Origin: Alloascoidea hylecoeti
Lineage: Eukaryota
Direction: 5' to 3'
DNA: 64,000 nucleotides
Assembly (NCBI GenBank): GCA_001600815.1
Contig: BCKZ01000002.1
Span: 620,001-684,000 of the forward strand
The position numbers were made by a program, and so were the translations under genes. Of this stretch, positions 1 to 11,335 are shown piece by piece (position 1 is the stretch's first letter; every line of letters starts with the position of its first letter). The notes under the pieces were generated by a model that saw nothing but the letters and a program-made list of their open reading frames with translations, did no database searches and was not told the origin of the DNA.

Positions 1-719
1 AAATATTTTAAGGTGATAACTAGCATGTTATATCATCTATTTTTACACATATAATCACATTAAATATTAATATAAGCACACTGAGTACAGTAGCAATTGA
101 TTTTTAACAAAAGGGTATAAAGACAATTGAAAGAATTATATTTTTTTCCAATCTTAAATCTAAATTCAAATTCTAGCTAGATCTATATATCTTATAGTCC
201 AATAGAATCACCATCGAGTTCCTTAGAATTGAGCACCGTATTTTTTTCGAATTCAGACTAATACCTCCATGGATAACTCTTTTAGCAAGAAAAATATTTC
301 CATCATCAACCAGGGTACATAAAATAACTTAATTAACTGGAGTACTTGAAATTGGCTTAGTATTTAAGCTACTTCATCTTGATACATCATAATAATCCTT
401 ATGATTACAATTACTAGTAAACCGATATCCACTCTCTTGTCTTTTTGATTTATCATTTCCATCATCTTAATACTCATGGTCATCCATATTAAGAATCCTA
501 TTGAAGTCCCAGTTAAAAGTATAATTTTCCAAAACATCAGTGATATGAATTCAGATAAAGTTGAAACTTCTTGTAGGGGAGGAAACTTAAGATCGTTGTA
601 AAGAATTATTGATATCATTTTGGTGAATTCAACGAAGAGTAATATAATGAAACGTAAACGATATTAAAACTGTAGAGAAGTTTAGCCCTATTTATACAAC
701 TAAGTGAGGCAGATATATA

Positions 720-1930
720 TACGGGATTTTTAGAGAGTTTGGTCATGGGCTTGAAGGCAATTTATGCGGAATGGTTTTATGTAGTTGATATCATATTATC
801 AAATCTATAAAAAAATCAATAAAATATGTGGGATATTAAAGTTACACCAGGAAAATGTCTACTTTTACAAAAAGCACTCTATGGGCTACCTAAAAGTGGT
901 GAACTTTGGCAGAAACATCTAAATAATAAATTGGTCAACTTAAGTTTCCATCCAACTATTGATGCCAATTCTAAGTATGAAATACTTGTATATAAAATCT
1001 CATTGATAGCTTTTAAAATATCACCAACCAATCTTGACTTTATTTTAAAATTATTAAAACAAGACTTTAATATTCAGGAGCTAGGTACATATAATAAAAT
1101 ATTTTTTAAGAATTCATTTTTATTATGATAAATCTGAAAATCTAAGATTACAGCTACATTACATTAAAAATGTTGTTGACTAGTTTCGTAATAATATTCA
1201 TAATCCACCTTTAAATGGAGATTTTGCAGAATATTGTCTAAAATTCGAAAGGTTGTATCAAATAGTTCTGGACTGTCTCATCTAGACAGTGGACACAATG
1301 TTCTCGACCAGATATTCTCTTTCGATCAAATTATTTGGCGAAATACATTTGTAAATTTTGGTCGTGTAAATTCTACAGCCCATATCTATTATGTAGAATT
1401 GTGATGTTTCTTCAGCAGCATCATAAGGAGATAATTTTTTACTATGATATTGCAATTCAGATTGATATTATGCCCTATGCCGATTTTGCATCTGATCCTT
1501 TATAAAGATACTCAGGATCTGAGTATATTGCCTGATCTGGTCATAACAATATCTTATCAATAATAACACCAAGATGTATTTATTATTGTCTCTACATTTA
1601 ACTGAGAGTGATAACATTTTAAGGTGCATTAAAGAGAGATATTCCAATCATAAATTTATACGAGAACCTGATGTATTTAATTATAACATAAGTGTGTTTC
1701 ATGGAAAACATTATATTATGATAACTCCAGCACTATCATACAAGTTTTATTGGTAAATGTTATCAAGCATGCTAAACACTTGTAGATAAGAAAATTATAT
1801 TTAAAACAATATTAATAAACAAATTGAACTTCTAAACATTCTGAGTCAATAAAACCTAGCAAATATTCTCACTAGACCAACCAATTTGAAAGTGTTTCAA
1901 AATTTATCATTCTTATTGTTCAACAATTAT
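720..1930 (+). mobile_element. Degenerate Ty1/copia LTR-retrotransposon pol remnant (RT + RNase H)
   Basis: ORF 826-1128 has LLQKALYGLPKSGELW (copia RT LKKALYGLKQSGRxW). Broken frames downstream give SRPDI (~1302), YADFASD (1476), HAKHL*IRK (1768) and NLANILTRP (~1853), the copia RT/RNase H motifs in the correct order, with many stops and frameshifts. Confidence 0.85.
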
Positions 1931-3216
1931 ATCTGAATTATATTTAGATGTTACTCACTTCACGCGATTTGAATTCACCCTCTATCGATATAAGTCTGAA
2001 TAATAGTATTGAGAGGTAGTCCATTCAAAAAGTCCTTCATTGCCCTAGCGGTATCTGTTTTAAATTAAAGAGGGATAGTTGTGACCTAATTTGAATCATA
2101 AATCAATGTGATGAGACAATGGATATTCATGTTTATTTGAAAAATAAGGCTCTATGGTGTAGATCACTTAAAATAAATGGCTTTAGGAAATCCAAAGAAC
2201 ACCTCTTGCGCAAAATATGACCGAAACACTGAAATTAATTTCCTCATATATCAAAGACAACAAAAGGTAAATAAATGGACAATAGATCTAGATAATATAG
2301 GGTCGAACATAAGCAATATTAATTACCCTATCCAGATGATTGCATACATATTCATACTACGATATTTCCACATAGCGTAATATAAAAACAGCTGCATGCA
2401 TATTACTAGAAACCAAAAAATTTTGTGAGAAAAAGAAAGCTGTTCATTTTCAGTGACGCGAACCATATTAGTACTACAGCGGTTAGTAATGCCGTATTCA
2501 CATTCAAGATTGAGTACTTCTGATCATTATGTGATTATACTCAAATTGAAGTTAATTATTGAGTGGCAGGTGTATGATAATTAAACTAGTGAATAATATT
2601 CCAAACTTTAATTATGGCCTGTAACTAATCTTATTATACATGTAAGCTTATGGTATCATAAAAATGCAAATAACAGTATTATTAATAGTAATTTTACGGA
2701 TCCAAAATCAATTGGTGGTTGGAAAATAATATAAAATATGATTGATCATAATCATACAAAAATCTTAACTCAGATTTTTGCAATACAATTCACATTTCTA
2801 TCTTTGTTGGTTTTCAGCTTTGGAAAATAGTCAACTAATTAAGAGATACGTAATTCGTAGATTTTAATAATAATTTCACTGTTTAACTTGTATATACAGA
2901 TATATTACAGTCGAACTCATGACTGCTATTGCCTCTTATAAAGTTTACGCTTATATTTGATTATTTCTTTCTTTCTTTTTAATGAAACTCTTATTTTTCC
3001 ATTATTATTTTTGGTTAGGAATTGTCATGTTCTGGTAACTACTTTTGTGTAGTAGTCTAAAGATGGTACACAGTGCTACACTGTTGTGTTTCCCAACACT
3101 CACCACACATGGTTGTAAGCAAAATAGCTTAGTTATAATTTGCAATTTTAAGGTAAATATGATATTAAAATTTATACTAAATCTAAGAACAGACTATTTA
3201 AAATAAACAATTTTAA

Positions 3217-4241
3217 TTATGCACCCTCATATTCATCGGGATAAAACACGAGTCTTTCGATACCCTGTTCGGTCAAAACAACCATTCGAATAACACCACC
3301 AGAACTTCCATCCCACTTGATGGCTTGTGATAATGCTAGATTCAAAATTGTGGTTAGAAATAATTCAAAAGAATAAAATAAACTGGTTTACACATACAAG
3401 TTTTCATGAATTTAACAGTTTCCTCCTGTGTCATTCCGGGTTTGAAGTTTTTATTGCAGAAACCATAGATATAGGCGGAACCGCTACCTGCTATGGCGTA
3501 TTCCTGGTTATGAACACTCCCACCAAGGGGGAGACTGTATATCTCTCCTCCTCTTTTGCTATCATATCCAGCAACTATGATACCTGCCGAGAGATTGTCT
3601 TTATTATTATAACAAAGTTCTTTGAAAACCGAAGCTGCAATTTTAGTTGAAGGTGGCTTTCCATGTTGAGAACCAAATAGTTCAAGATAATGTTTCACAA
3701 TATCGGCGACCGCTTGAGTGTCAGCGGCAGACCCAGATCGACCTTATAATTAGAAGATGTTAGAGTTTGAGGGAATCGACACAATTGCGGGAGATTCTAA
3801 TACTTACAACACCAGATCTTTTCGTGAACCTGTGTCAATTTATCAGTAACACTTCAACAAAAGTAATCGTTAGATAATCAACGTTATGTGCTATGCAGGA
3901 TTGTTAAATTCATACCGATTGGCAATAAAAGCTCCGGTTGTTGTACGACTATATTAACTGTTAGAAAAAATGTTGATTAATAAAAACAAAGGGCTATATA
4001 CATACCTATCTGCACCCAATATAACACCATCTTTGAATTTAACAGCCATACTTGAATAATTGAAGTTAGCTATATTAATGACACCAAGCATTTAAGATGT
4101 AGTACCTACATTGATGTTCCTAAACTATATTATCGTATGTTAGTTTCACCCATCAATTGATGTCACAATTGAAAATTCTCTATGAGCATACCTGACTTCG
4201 CCCTTTTTTAAGGCACTCATATCAACAGTTACTCCTACCAT
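3217..4241 (-). CDS. PRE3: 20S proteasome beta1 subunit; 7 exons (4241-4192, 4124-4110, 4050-4006, 3948-3916, 3851-3808, 3742-3398, 3335-3217), 216 aa
   Basis: Manual splicing gives [72 protein letters not shown]...AIAGSGS...AIKWDGSSGGVIR. Six 57-67 nt introns, each with GTA(T/A/G)G donor, CTAAC branch and AG acceptor; frame is preserved throughout. Confidence 0.95.
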
Positions 4242-4291
4242 GATTGTTATAATGGTTTGAAAATGAAGAAGAGGTTGTGATGAGACAAAGT

Positions 4292-4349
4292 AGTGGCGAG
4301 TTTGCCTTCAGATTTGGGTACACCCGTACATTAGCTGCTTGTTACCCGG
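4292..4349. promoter_or_regulatory. PRE3/eIF3d bidirectional promoter: Rpn4-type, Rap1-like and Reb1 motifs
   Basis: GAAGGCAAA on minus strand (4301-4309) and AGTGGCGA (4292) resemble Rpn4/PACE variants; ACACCCGTACAT (4320-4331); TTACCCG (4342-4348). Confidence 0.5.
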
Positions 4350-4412
4350 AAACAGAGTTTCAAAATTTTTCACATTTTTAGTTTTGCTTTGATTGATCTT
4401 CTTCATATAAAC

Positions 4413-6104
4413 ATGCCCCAATCAGCTCCTTTTTCGTTGGCCGACTTAGCCAGTCCTCTAGATCCATGGGGCCCACCGGCATCCGTCCCGAGTGCATTGC
4501 GGTTTTCAGATGTTCCATACGCCCCTTTCTCAAAGGGTGACAAGTTAGGAAAGGCTGCAGACTGGTCCACCGATGCAGCTAAAGACACGAAAGACCAAAA
4601 GAGAACTCAGTACAACCGTGGACAACGTGATCCATTCCATGCCTATGGTGCTTCTGTTGCTTCATCTTTTAATGCAAAGGAGATTGATGAGGGCTCTGCA
4701 TTTTCTGTTGTGGATAACAATAAAACTTCCAGCAAGCCACGCACACAAACTGTTTTACGACGGGGTGGTGCAAACCCTTCAAACCGTGGTGGTAGTTATA
4801 ACAACAATAATACCCGTGGTGCCAATAACCAAAGATACAACAACCAAAGCACCAGAGGAGGACAACAAGGAAGATTTAACCAGAACTATAACAGAGGCGG
4901 TGGTTATCGTCGTTTTGGATGGAGAGATTATGATAAACCTCAAAGAATTCGTGATTCAAGTGTTAAGATTGGTGAAGACTGGAGATTAATAGAGAGTGTT
5001 GAGTTTAGTCGGTTATCCAAGCTGCGTCTTGATGTTAAAAATGGCGAGGATATTGATGATTACGGCCATGTTTACTATTACAATAGCAAAATTGATAGAT
5101 CAAATGGTGCAAAACTGGCTGTACTGGATAGAGGCATTTATAACCCAACAACTTCAGAAGACCCAATTATTCAACAAATTGCTAAAAAGGACACTGCTAT
5201 CGCATATGGTACAGATGTCATTATATCTCAATTGATGTGTGCTGCAAGATCAGTCATATCATGGGATATCATAATCACTAAGGTTGGAAACAAAATTTAT
5301 TTTGATAAAAGGGAAGGTGTTCCATTGGAGTACATTACTGTTGATGAAAATGCCGCAGATGCCCCTCCAGATACCAACGATGATAATGTTAATAATTCTT
5401 CGAACTTAGCTTTAGAAGCTACATTTATTAACCAAAATTTCACAGTAAATGCTGTGGATGAGAATGGCCCCAAAAAGGAATTCGCTCATGAGAACCCATT
5501 CTACAACCCTGAAGAGGAAACCGACCCTGTTCTAGCTAAAGGTTATAAGTACAGGAAATTTGCTCTTCCTTCTTCTGATCCAGAAGCTGAACCTTTACAC
5601 ATTGTTTTAAGAACTGAAGTTGATGCTGTTCAGAAAAACCCCGTCTCAGGGGCAGAAGTCGAGATTTCTATCAAAGCTCTTAACCAATATTCTTCCCGAA
5701 ATGGATTTGATTGGAAGACCCAGTTGAATTCACACAGAGGTGCCATTGTTGCAGCTGAAATCAAGAAGAACTCTAATAAATTTGCTAGATGGACAAACCA
5801 AGCCTTACTTGCTGGTGTTGAAACCATTAAACTTGGTTTCGTAGCTCGTGCGAACCCTAAACTCAATACAAAACATGTTATTCTTGGAGTCGCTTCATAC
5901 AGACCACACGATCTGGCGGTTCAAATGAATCTGAACACAAACAATGGATGGGGTATTGTTAGATCAATAATTGATATTGTTTCAGCTCAAGAAGATGGTA
6001 AATTTATTGTTGTTAAAGATCCTAATAATCCTGCTATTAAATTATACGAAGTTCCTAACGGTGATATATTTGTTGTTCCAGATGATGATGACGACGAAAA
6101 TTAG
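4413..6104 (+). CDS. EIF3D: Eukaryotic translation initiation factor 3 subunit D
   Basis: WGPP...DVPYAPFSKGDKLGKAADW, RRFGWRDYDKPQRIRDSSV, RSVISWDIII, ATFINQNF and KFARWT motifs typical of eIF3d. First ATG at 4413 (the track start 4389 is TTG). Confidence 0.93.
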   Translation: MPQSAPFSLADLASPLDPWGPPASVPSALRFSDVPYAPFSKGDKLGKAADWSTDAAKDTKDQKRTQYNRGQRDPFHAYGASVASSFNAKEIDEGSAFSVVDNNKTSSKPRTQTVLRRGGANPSNRGGSYNNNNTRGANNQRYNNQSTRGGQQGRFNQNYNRGGGYRRFGWRDYDKPQRIRDSSVKIGEDWRLIESVEFSRLSKLRLDVKNGEDIDDYGHVYYYNSKIDRSNGAKLAVLDRGIYNPTTSEDPIIQQIAKKDTAIAYGTDVIISQLMCAARSVISWDIIITKVGNKIYFDKREGVPLEYITVDENAADAPPDTNDDNVNNSSNLALEATFINQNFTVNAVDENGPKKEFAHENPFYNPEEETDPVLAKGYKYRKFALPSSDPEAEPLHIVLRTEVDAVQKNPVSGAEVEISIKALNQYSSRNGFDWKTQLNSHRGAIVAAEIKKNSNKFARWTNQALLAGVETIKLGFVARANPKLNTKHVILGVASYRPHDLAVQMNLNTNNGWGIVRSIIDIVSAQEDGKFIVVKDPNNPAIKLYEVPNGDIFVVPDDDDDEN

Positions 6105-6347
6105 AAATTTGTTGTGTATCATTTTATAGATTTGTTATTAATGCCATGATATTGACTCTTAAATTTATTTTACTTTTATCATTTTTTGTAATAGTTTATG
6201 TAAAATACATCTAAATTTAATTCAAAAAGGTAGTATACATGGGTACATATTGTACAAACATTATTATAAAGTCATTCATTATATGCTAAATCTTCCTCCA
6301 AAACCAAAGCTCACATAAAAAAATTCAAAAATTTACTAACTATATCA

Positions 6348-8882
6348 TTATCTTCGTGGAGTCTCGATTTCAGTTTCGGTCTCAGAGTCTTCACTAAAGG
6401 ATTCTGCTGCCGATCGACTGGCAATTGTAGTTTCTGATCCTGTTACTGCTGAAAAATTCAATTCCCTTCTATGTTGAATTTGCGAAGCTTGCCGACTTGG
6501 ACTAACAGGCTGGAAAAATTTCGGTCTGGAAGGAGTAGTACCTATATCAATAAGTTTTCTTCGAATAAAAGGGGTATATGAATTGGTAAATACATCTTTT
6601 CCTTGTATTCTTCTAGCTGAGTTTGACCCAAAAGGGATTTTACGAGTAAGAGCTGATACTCGAGGATTTGTATATGGCGGATTCTGATATTGTTTTTCCT
6701 TGTTATTGTTTTTACGTTCCTCAAATATTAATCTCCATGTGTGCCATATACTCTTGAACTTTTCATTATTCCACCTTTCATGAAAATCTTCAGATTTTCG
6801 TAATTCTACTTTTAGTTTAAGCATTTTCATCGTCCATCGACGAAATATTTGTTGCTTCAACGCTAAATCTGTAGCGAATAATATTCCCTGCAACTTTTCT
6901 TCCAAATCTATTACATAACTATACTCTGATCTCCATTTCTTGAAGAAAGATTCCAATAGAAAGGAGTTATAGTACATATCAGAAGTGACCTCATCATCTT
7001 TGATCTTTATATAACTTTGATACCACCCTGAACAATACATGTTCTTAATCTGAAGTGCAATTCTATCCTCGTAAAAGTCAACAGCTCGAACTCCGTTTAT
7101 TTCAATCACTCTAACTTTATCTCTCCACGTATCGATTGTTTTTTTTACGAGAGATGTAGTCTTTTTTTCGATGAATTCTTCGCAAAGTGTGGCTAGCCTT
7201 TGTTGTTTATGATCCGTGGTCTTCTGCTTCCAAGAAACGATAAATTTATAAGCAAGATGTCTACCATAATTCTCATCTGCATTAATTTCCATTGTCGAAA
7301 TATGTTCACTTTTTATTTTCCATTTTTCCCATAATTTGAAAAATATATTTGCATCGTAATAATCATCTGCGTATTTTTCCCTCTCCATCTCCGTCATAGT
7401 TCGTTTAACCCAGAAATCCAAAAATCTTGTTGCAATTTTATAAGTATCTTTACGCAAAGAATTGATTAAAATATCACGTTCAACATCTTTCCATAAAATT
7501 GCTTGATTCTTCCATATTTTTATCATTACTTTTGCGGTACAAGCTAAATGATAACGTTCAAAAAGTAACGCCCGTTGCATCATAAACCATATTTTAAAAT
7601 AAAGAAAAACAATTTTTTTATCACGATATGTTTCGAAAATTGAACGCATGTATTCAAGTTTCAATTGACGGAAAAAATGAGTCTTTAAATTCTTGGTATA
7701 CAAATTATCGGCAATAATATTATCCTGTGTATAGTGGGTCCATACTATTACAGTTTGTTCTGCAATCAATTTGGATTTTTTTCCATAAATATCCCTTTCT
7801 ATCTCTGAAAGTTGAGTCAATTTCCTCCATTTTGCTAGGTACTTGGATAAGAATGCTATATCAGCACGAGTGGTGGATAACAATTCTCGAGTTTTATTAC
7901 CTAAATACTTCGCTCTCCAAGAAACATAAAATCTTAAAATTAATTTACCATTATCGAAACTAGCAGCAACACTTTCCAATTTCTTAAACTCTTCAATTTT
8001 GTTAATCCATGTATTTATTGTCTTTTTCTGTAAGACAATATTATATTTTCTAGTTGAGAAATTCTCACAACTTAGATATACCCATTCTTTTAAAAATTTA
8101 TGACAAATTCTTGCTTGTGAATAGATAATTGCTTCTTCTTCATTCTTCCTCAGTAATGCTAATTTATCTTTCCATCTCCTGAACAAACAACGCACTCTAA
8201 ATATAACAGCCTCTTCCTCTAACCGTTTATAGTAAGCTAAGTTTTCCCGCATTTTGACCCAATATGATTTCCTTAAGGTAGTACCTTCCAATATTTCCAT
8301 AAAATGATAGCATTTCAACCAGCCGTCAAACTTGCTTGTCCAAACCGATAATGACATCTTAGCTAAATTTTTGTTGTGACATGCAATAGCGGTTTTGTAA
8401 TCAACCCTTTCTTGATAAATATCTATTAATTTTCTGAAATAAAGGATCCGCCGTTTTGTCTTCCAGTTTGAAAAGGCTGATTTCAACATGTCCCTTCTCC
8501 CTAGCGGAGATGTGCTGTCTGGGTACACATGTAGGTCCTTCAAAAGAAACGTGAACTTTTCGCTTAAAGTGGTACCAGGATATTTACCCAGCATCATGAT
8601 AACAGCAAAATATTTTGTCTCCTCGGGATTTATTCCATAGTCGTTTAGAACCAAGTTGTACGCTTGGATAATGGCTGTTGAGCTTCCTACATCATCAAAT
8701 CTGTTTGCGTAATTTATAATTGTTTTGATTATTTTGATATCTTCCCCTGTATAAAGAGAATTGTGATTAACACCATCTGTCAAACCTTTCTGTCCAAGTC
8801 TCTGTAATGCTTTATTAAAAATGGCGATATCGTCCTGGTCCGGCTCATTGGAAGTGTCGCTGTGATGAGTCGCAGCATTCAT
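6348..8882 (-). CDS. SFI1: Sfi1 spindle-pole-body half-bridge protein (centrin-binding repeats)
   Basis: Long helical protein with periodic Trp repeats (A-x7-L-x3-F-x2-W-K/R, roughly 30-35 aa spacing) and an S/TP-rich C-terminus; first ATG at 8882. Confidence 0.8.
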   Translation of the reverse strand: MNAATHHSDTSNEPDQDDIAIFNKALQRLGQKGLTDGVNHNSLYTGEDIKIIKTIINYANRFDDVGSSTAIIQAYNLVLNDYGINPEETKYFAVIMMLGKYPGTTLSEKFTFLLKDLHVYPDSTSPLGRRDMLKSAFSNWKTKRRILYFRKLIDIYQERVDYKTAIACHNKNLAKMSLSVWTSKFDGWLKCYHFMEILEGTTLRKSYWVKMRENLAYYKRLEEEAVIFRVRCLFRRWKDKLALLRKNEEEAIIYSQARICHKFLKEWVYLSCENFSTRKYNIVLQKKTINTWINKIEEFKKLESVAASFDNGKLILRFYVSWRAKYLGNKTRELLSTTRADIAFLSKYLAKWRKLTQLSEIERDIYGKKSKLIAEQTVIVWTHYTQDNIIADNLYTKNLKTHFFRQLKLEYMRSIFETYRDKKIVFLYFKIWFMMQRALLFERYHLACTAKVMIKIWKNQAILWKDVERDILINSLRKDTYKIATRFLDFWVKRTMTEMEREKYADDYYDANIFFKLWEKWKIKSEHISTMEINADENYGRHLAYKFIVSWKQKTTDHKQQRLATLCEEFIEKKTTSLVKKTIDTWRDKVRVIEINGVRAVDFYEDRIALQIKNMYCSGWYQSYIKIKDDEVTSDMYYNSFLLESFFKKWRSEYSYVIDLEEKLQGILFATDLALKQQIFRRWTMKMLKLKVELRKSEDFHERWNNEKFKSIWHTWRLIFEERKNNNKEKQYQNPPYTNPRVSALTRKIPFGSNSARRIQGKDVFTNSYTPFIRRKLIDIGTTPSRPKFFQPVSPSRQASQIQHRRELNFSAVTGSETTIASRSAAESFSEDSETETEIETPRR

Positions 8883-9039
8883 TCTGGAGTAGCCTATTCC
8901 TACACTCCTAAAGCCATCTTTCTTTTTTTTTGGTTTTCGTTGATGGTTGGAAATATAAACACCCGTACACCACGGCAACATTACCAACAACGTGTCTTTC
9001 TGTATTTTTCAATATCTTCTCAACATCGATAATTGAAAA

Positions 9040-10529
9040 ATGTGGGATTTGTGGAAGACTTTGCTGTGTATATCGGCTTTGATTTCACTGGCTTCAGCAG
9101 GGGCATTCACTCCACCTAAAAGCTTCATTCATACCAAAAGTCACACAGAAATTGACTTATCCTATTCTTATGTGAAGGTGATCCACAAATTGGAAATAAA
9201 AAATATTGCTGAGGAGCCCCAGGATATCTATTATTATCCAATTGATAATGAATTGGTACCCCATTTGGCTTTGTTTGAAGCTACTTTCAATAAAGCTCCT
9301 TTGGGACATTCTCCTGTTGAGGAATCTGGCGGGTAAGCAATCATATTCTTTGCTCGTTGTTTTATTATTATTCACTAACTAATTTACAAAGTGCATACAA
9401 TTACCATAAAGTCAAGCTTAATGACTTAAAACCGGGACATACTTTGGAAATTACAATTGGTCTCATTTACACCGATGTTTTAAAACCTTATCCAGCTGAA
9501 TTATCTCTTGAGGAAAAAGGAACCTTGTACTTTGAAGGTTCAGTTTATCCATTATCTGCTTATGATCAAGAAAATACTTTAACAACTATTAAAGTTCGTG
9601 ATCAAAATGCTAAACAGGTTATTATTGATAATGGTAAATCATCTGAGCCTTCTCTTTTTGGACGTATCAATAATGGCTTCCTTATTTATGGTCCTTATGA
9701 TTCTGTAGATGCCTTTTCGACGTCTAAATTTGGTGTTTTATATTCCCACAATTATCCTTTGACACACGTTACAAAACTAGAGAGAGATATTTGGGTTTCC
9801 CATTGGGGCGCTTCTCTTTCAATTGAAGAAAGATATCAATTAACAAATCATGCTGCTAAATTAAAGGGTACATTTTCAAGATTGGATTGGACTAGAAACT
9901 TACCAACTACAGCTCAAAGTAGTGTGATTAGTGCAATTGAAGTTCAATTGACTGAATCTGCAAGAGAAATTTATTATACAGATCTAGTTGGAAATGTCTC
10001 CACGAGCCGTGTTGCCCAAAGAGGTGCCGTCAAAATTTTACAATTGAAACCTCGTTTCCCTATTTTTGGTGGATGGCATTATAATTTTACTATTGGTTGG
10101 TCTTCAGACCTTGCAAATTACGTTAAATCTTTAACTACATCTAAAGATTCATATATATTGAGAGTACCAATTGTAGAAGGACCTTTAGATACAACATATG
10201 AGAATGTTGAATTATCCTTCTACTTACCTGAAGGTTCAATAATCGAAGATTTAGAAACCCTTGTCCCATATGATTCAAGAGATGATTTAATTGTCAAAAG
10301 TTTTTTGGATACAAAAGGAAGAACAGTTGTTAAATTACATTATTCTAAAATGTTTGATTATTATCGTGTGGCAACAGTTTTGGTTAAATATAAATATACT
10401 TCAGAAGTTCATTATTCAAAACCTTTAAAATTGGCAAGTATAATATTTACTGGATTGTTAACAATTTTCTTATTTTCGAAAATTGATATAAGTATTTCAA
10501 AGAAGAAAGCTAAGGAGATTCAATTTTGA
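9040..10529 (+). CDS. OST1: Oligosaccharyltransferase subunit ribophorin I; exons 9040-9332 and 9392-10529
   Basis: Signal peptide, VSHWG, YYTDLVGNVSTS, PRFPIFGGWHYNFTIGW and a C-terminal TM helix. Intron 9333-9391 (GTAAGC...ACTAAC...AAG) joins the two track ORFs in frame. Confidence 0.93.
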
Positions 10530-10685
10530 TTAATAATAATACGTTTTAATGTAATTTTTTATATATATATGCTTTAAGAATCTTGAGGTTTCTACCAATT
10601 TAAAAAATTAATATTGTAATGTATTACTTATTTTGACTAGAATTTTTGCTTAAATATATGATTTATAGGATGAATAAGCTACAAA

Positions 10686-11260
10686 CGTCATTTCACTTAA
10701 TTTCGACCTTACGGAATACTAAATATCGGCGATAAAAATAGCTACCGGTACTTTTTGGGCCCATTAATTATACATGTAAGGCTTGTTGTGATTTGGTAGT
10801 TTTTAGCCCAATTAAACCTGACATTCCCCAATCACTGCCACAGGTTCAACTATTAACTCTCAGAATAGAAAGGATTCATGGAACGGGTATAATAGAAACC
10901 TCACAACAAACTTTATTCTTTGTCTTCTCCTTAATTCCTCCTTTTGGGGGAATATCAAAAGAACATCAAGCTACTAATAAATGAAGGTACTTTAAGGATC
11001 ACTATGATCACAAACATAAAGTAATTATTAGTCTAGCCTCTCCAACTTCTCATATATAGATAATTAGTATCTTTAATTAATATTGTCTTTGACATCTCAG
11101 AATGTGTTTAACCTGAGTGCTCACAACAAGGCTTATAGTATATATGATCCATTAATATGCAGAGATGTAGAACAACTACGGGTGTCAAACCCGGCTTAAA
11201 TTTAGCTATGGGAGTGGCCTATATTTGGTAGTCAACATGGCCTAAATTAAGTGAAATTAT
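10686..11260. mobile_element. Non-autonomous pogo/Fot1-like DNA transposon derivative (copy A)
   Basis: Imperfect TIRs CGTCATTTCACTTAATTTCGACC (10686) and TGGCCTAAATTAAGTGAAATTA (11238). Internal CDLVVFSPIK (~10787) resembles the pogo/Fot1 QPLDVGVFSPLK motif. The same TIRs flank a second element at 52037-52383. Confidence 0.7.
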
Positions 11261-11335
11261 TATAAAATATCTTGCTATTTAAAGGACATACCCCATGATT
11301 ATATAGTATAGCGTTAATAAGTTAGTGATATTAAA

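Noticed and set aside
200..660. Minus-strand decayed coding-like sequence, perhaps a copia integrase tail
   Set aside because: No unambiguous motif; the track ORF 364-618 has no recognisable product.
2067..2460. Possible polypurine tract and 3' LTR of the copia relic (AAAGAGGGATAGT-TGTGAC)
   Set aside because: No second LTR copy in the window and no clear CA end.
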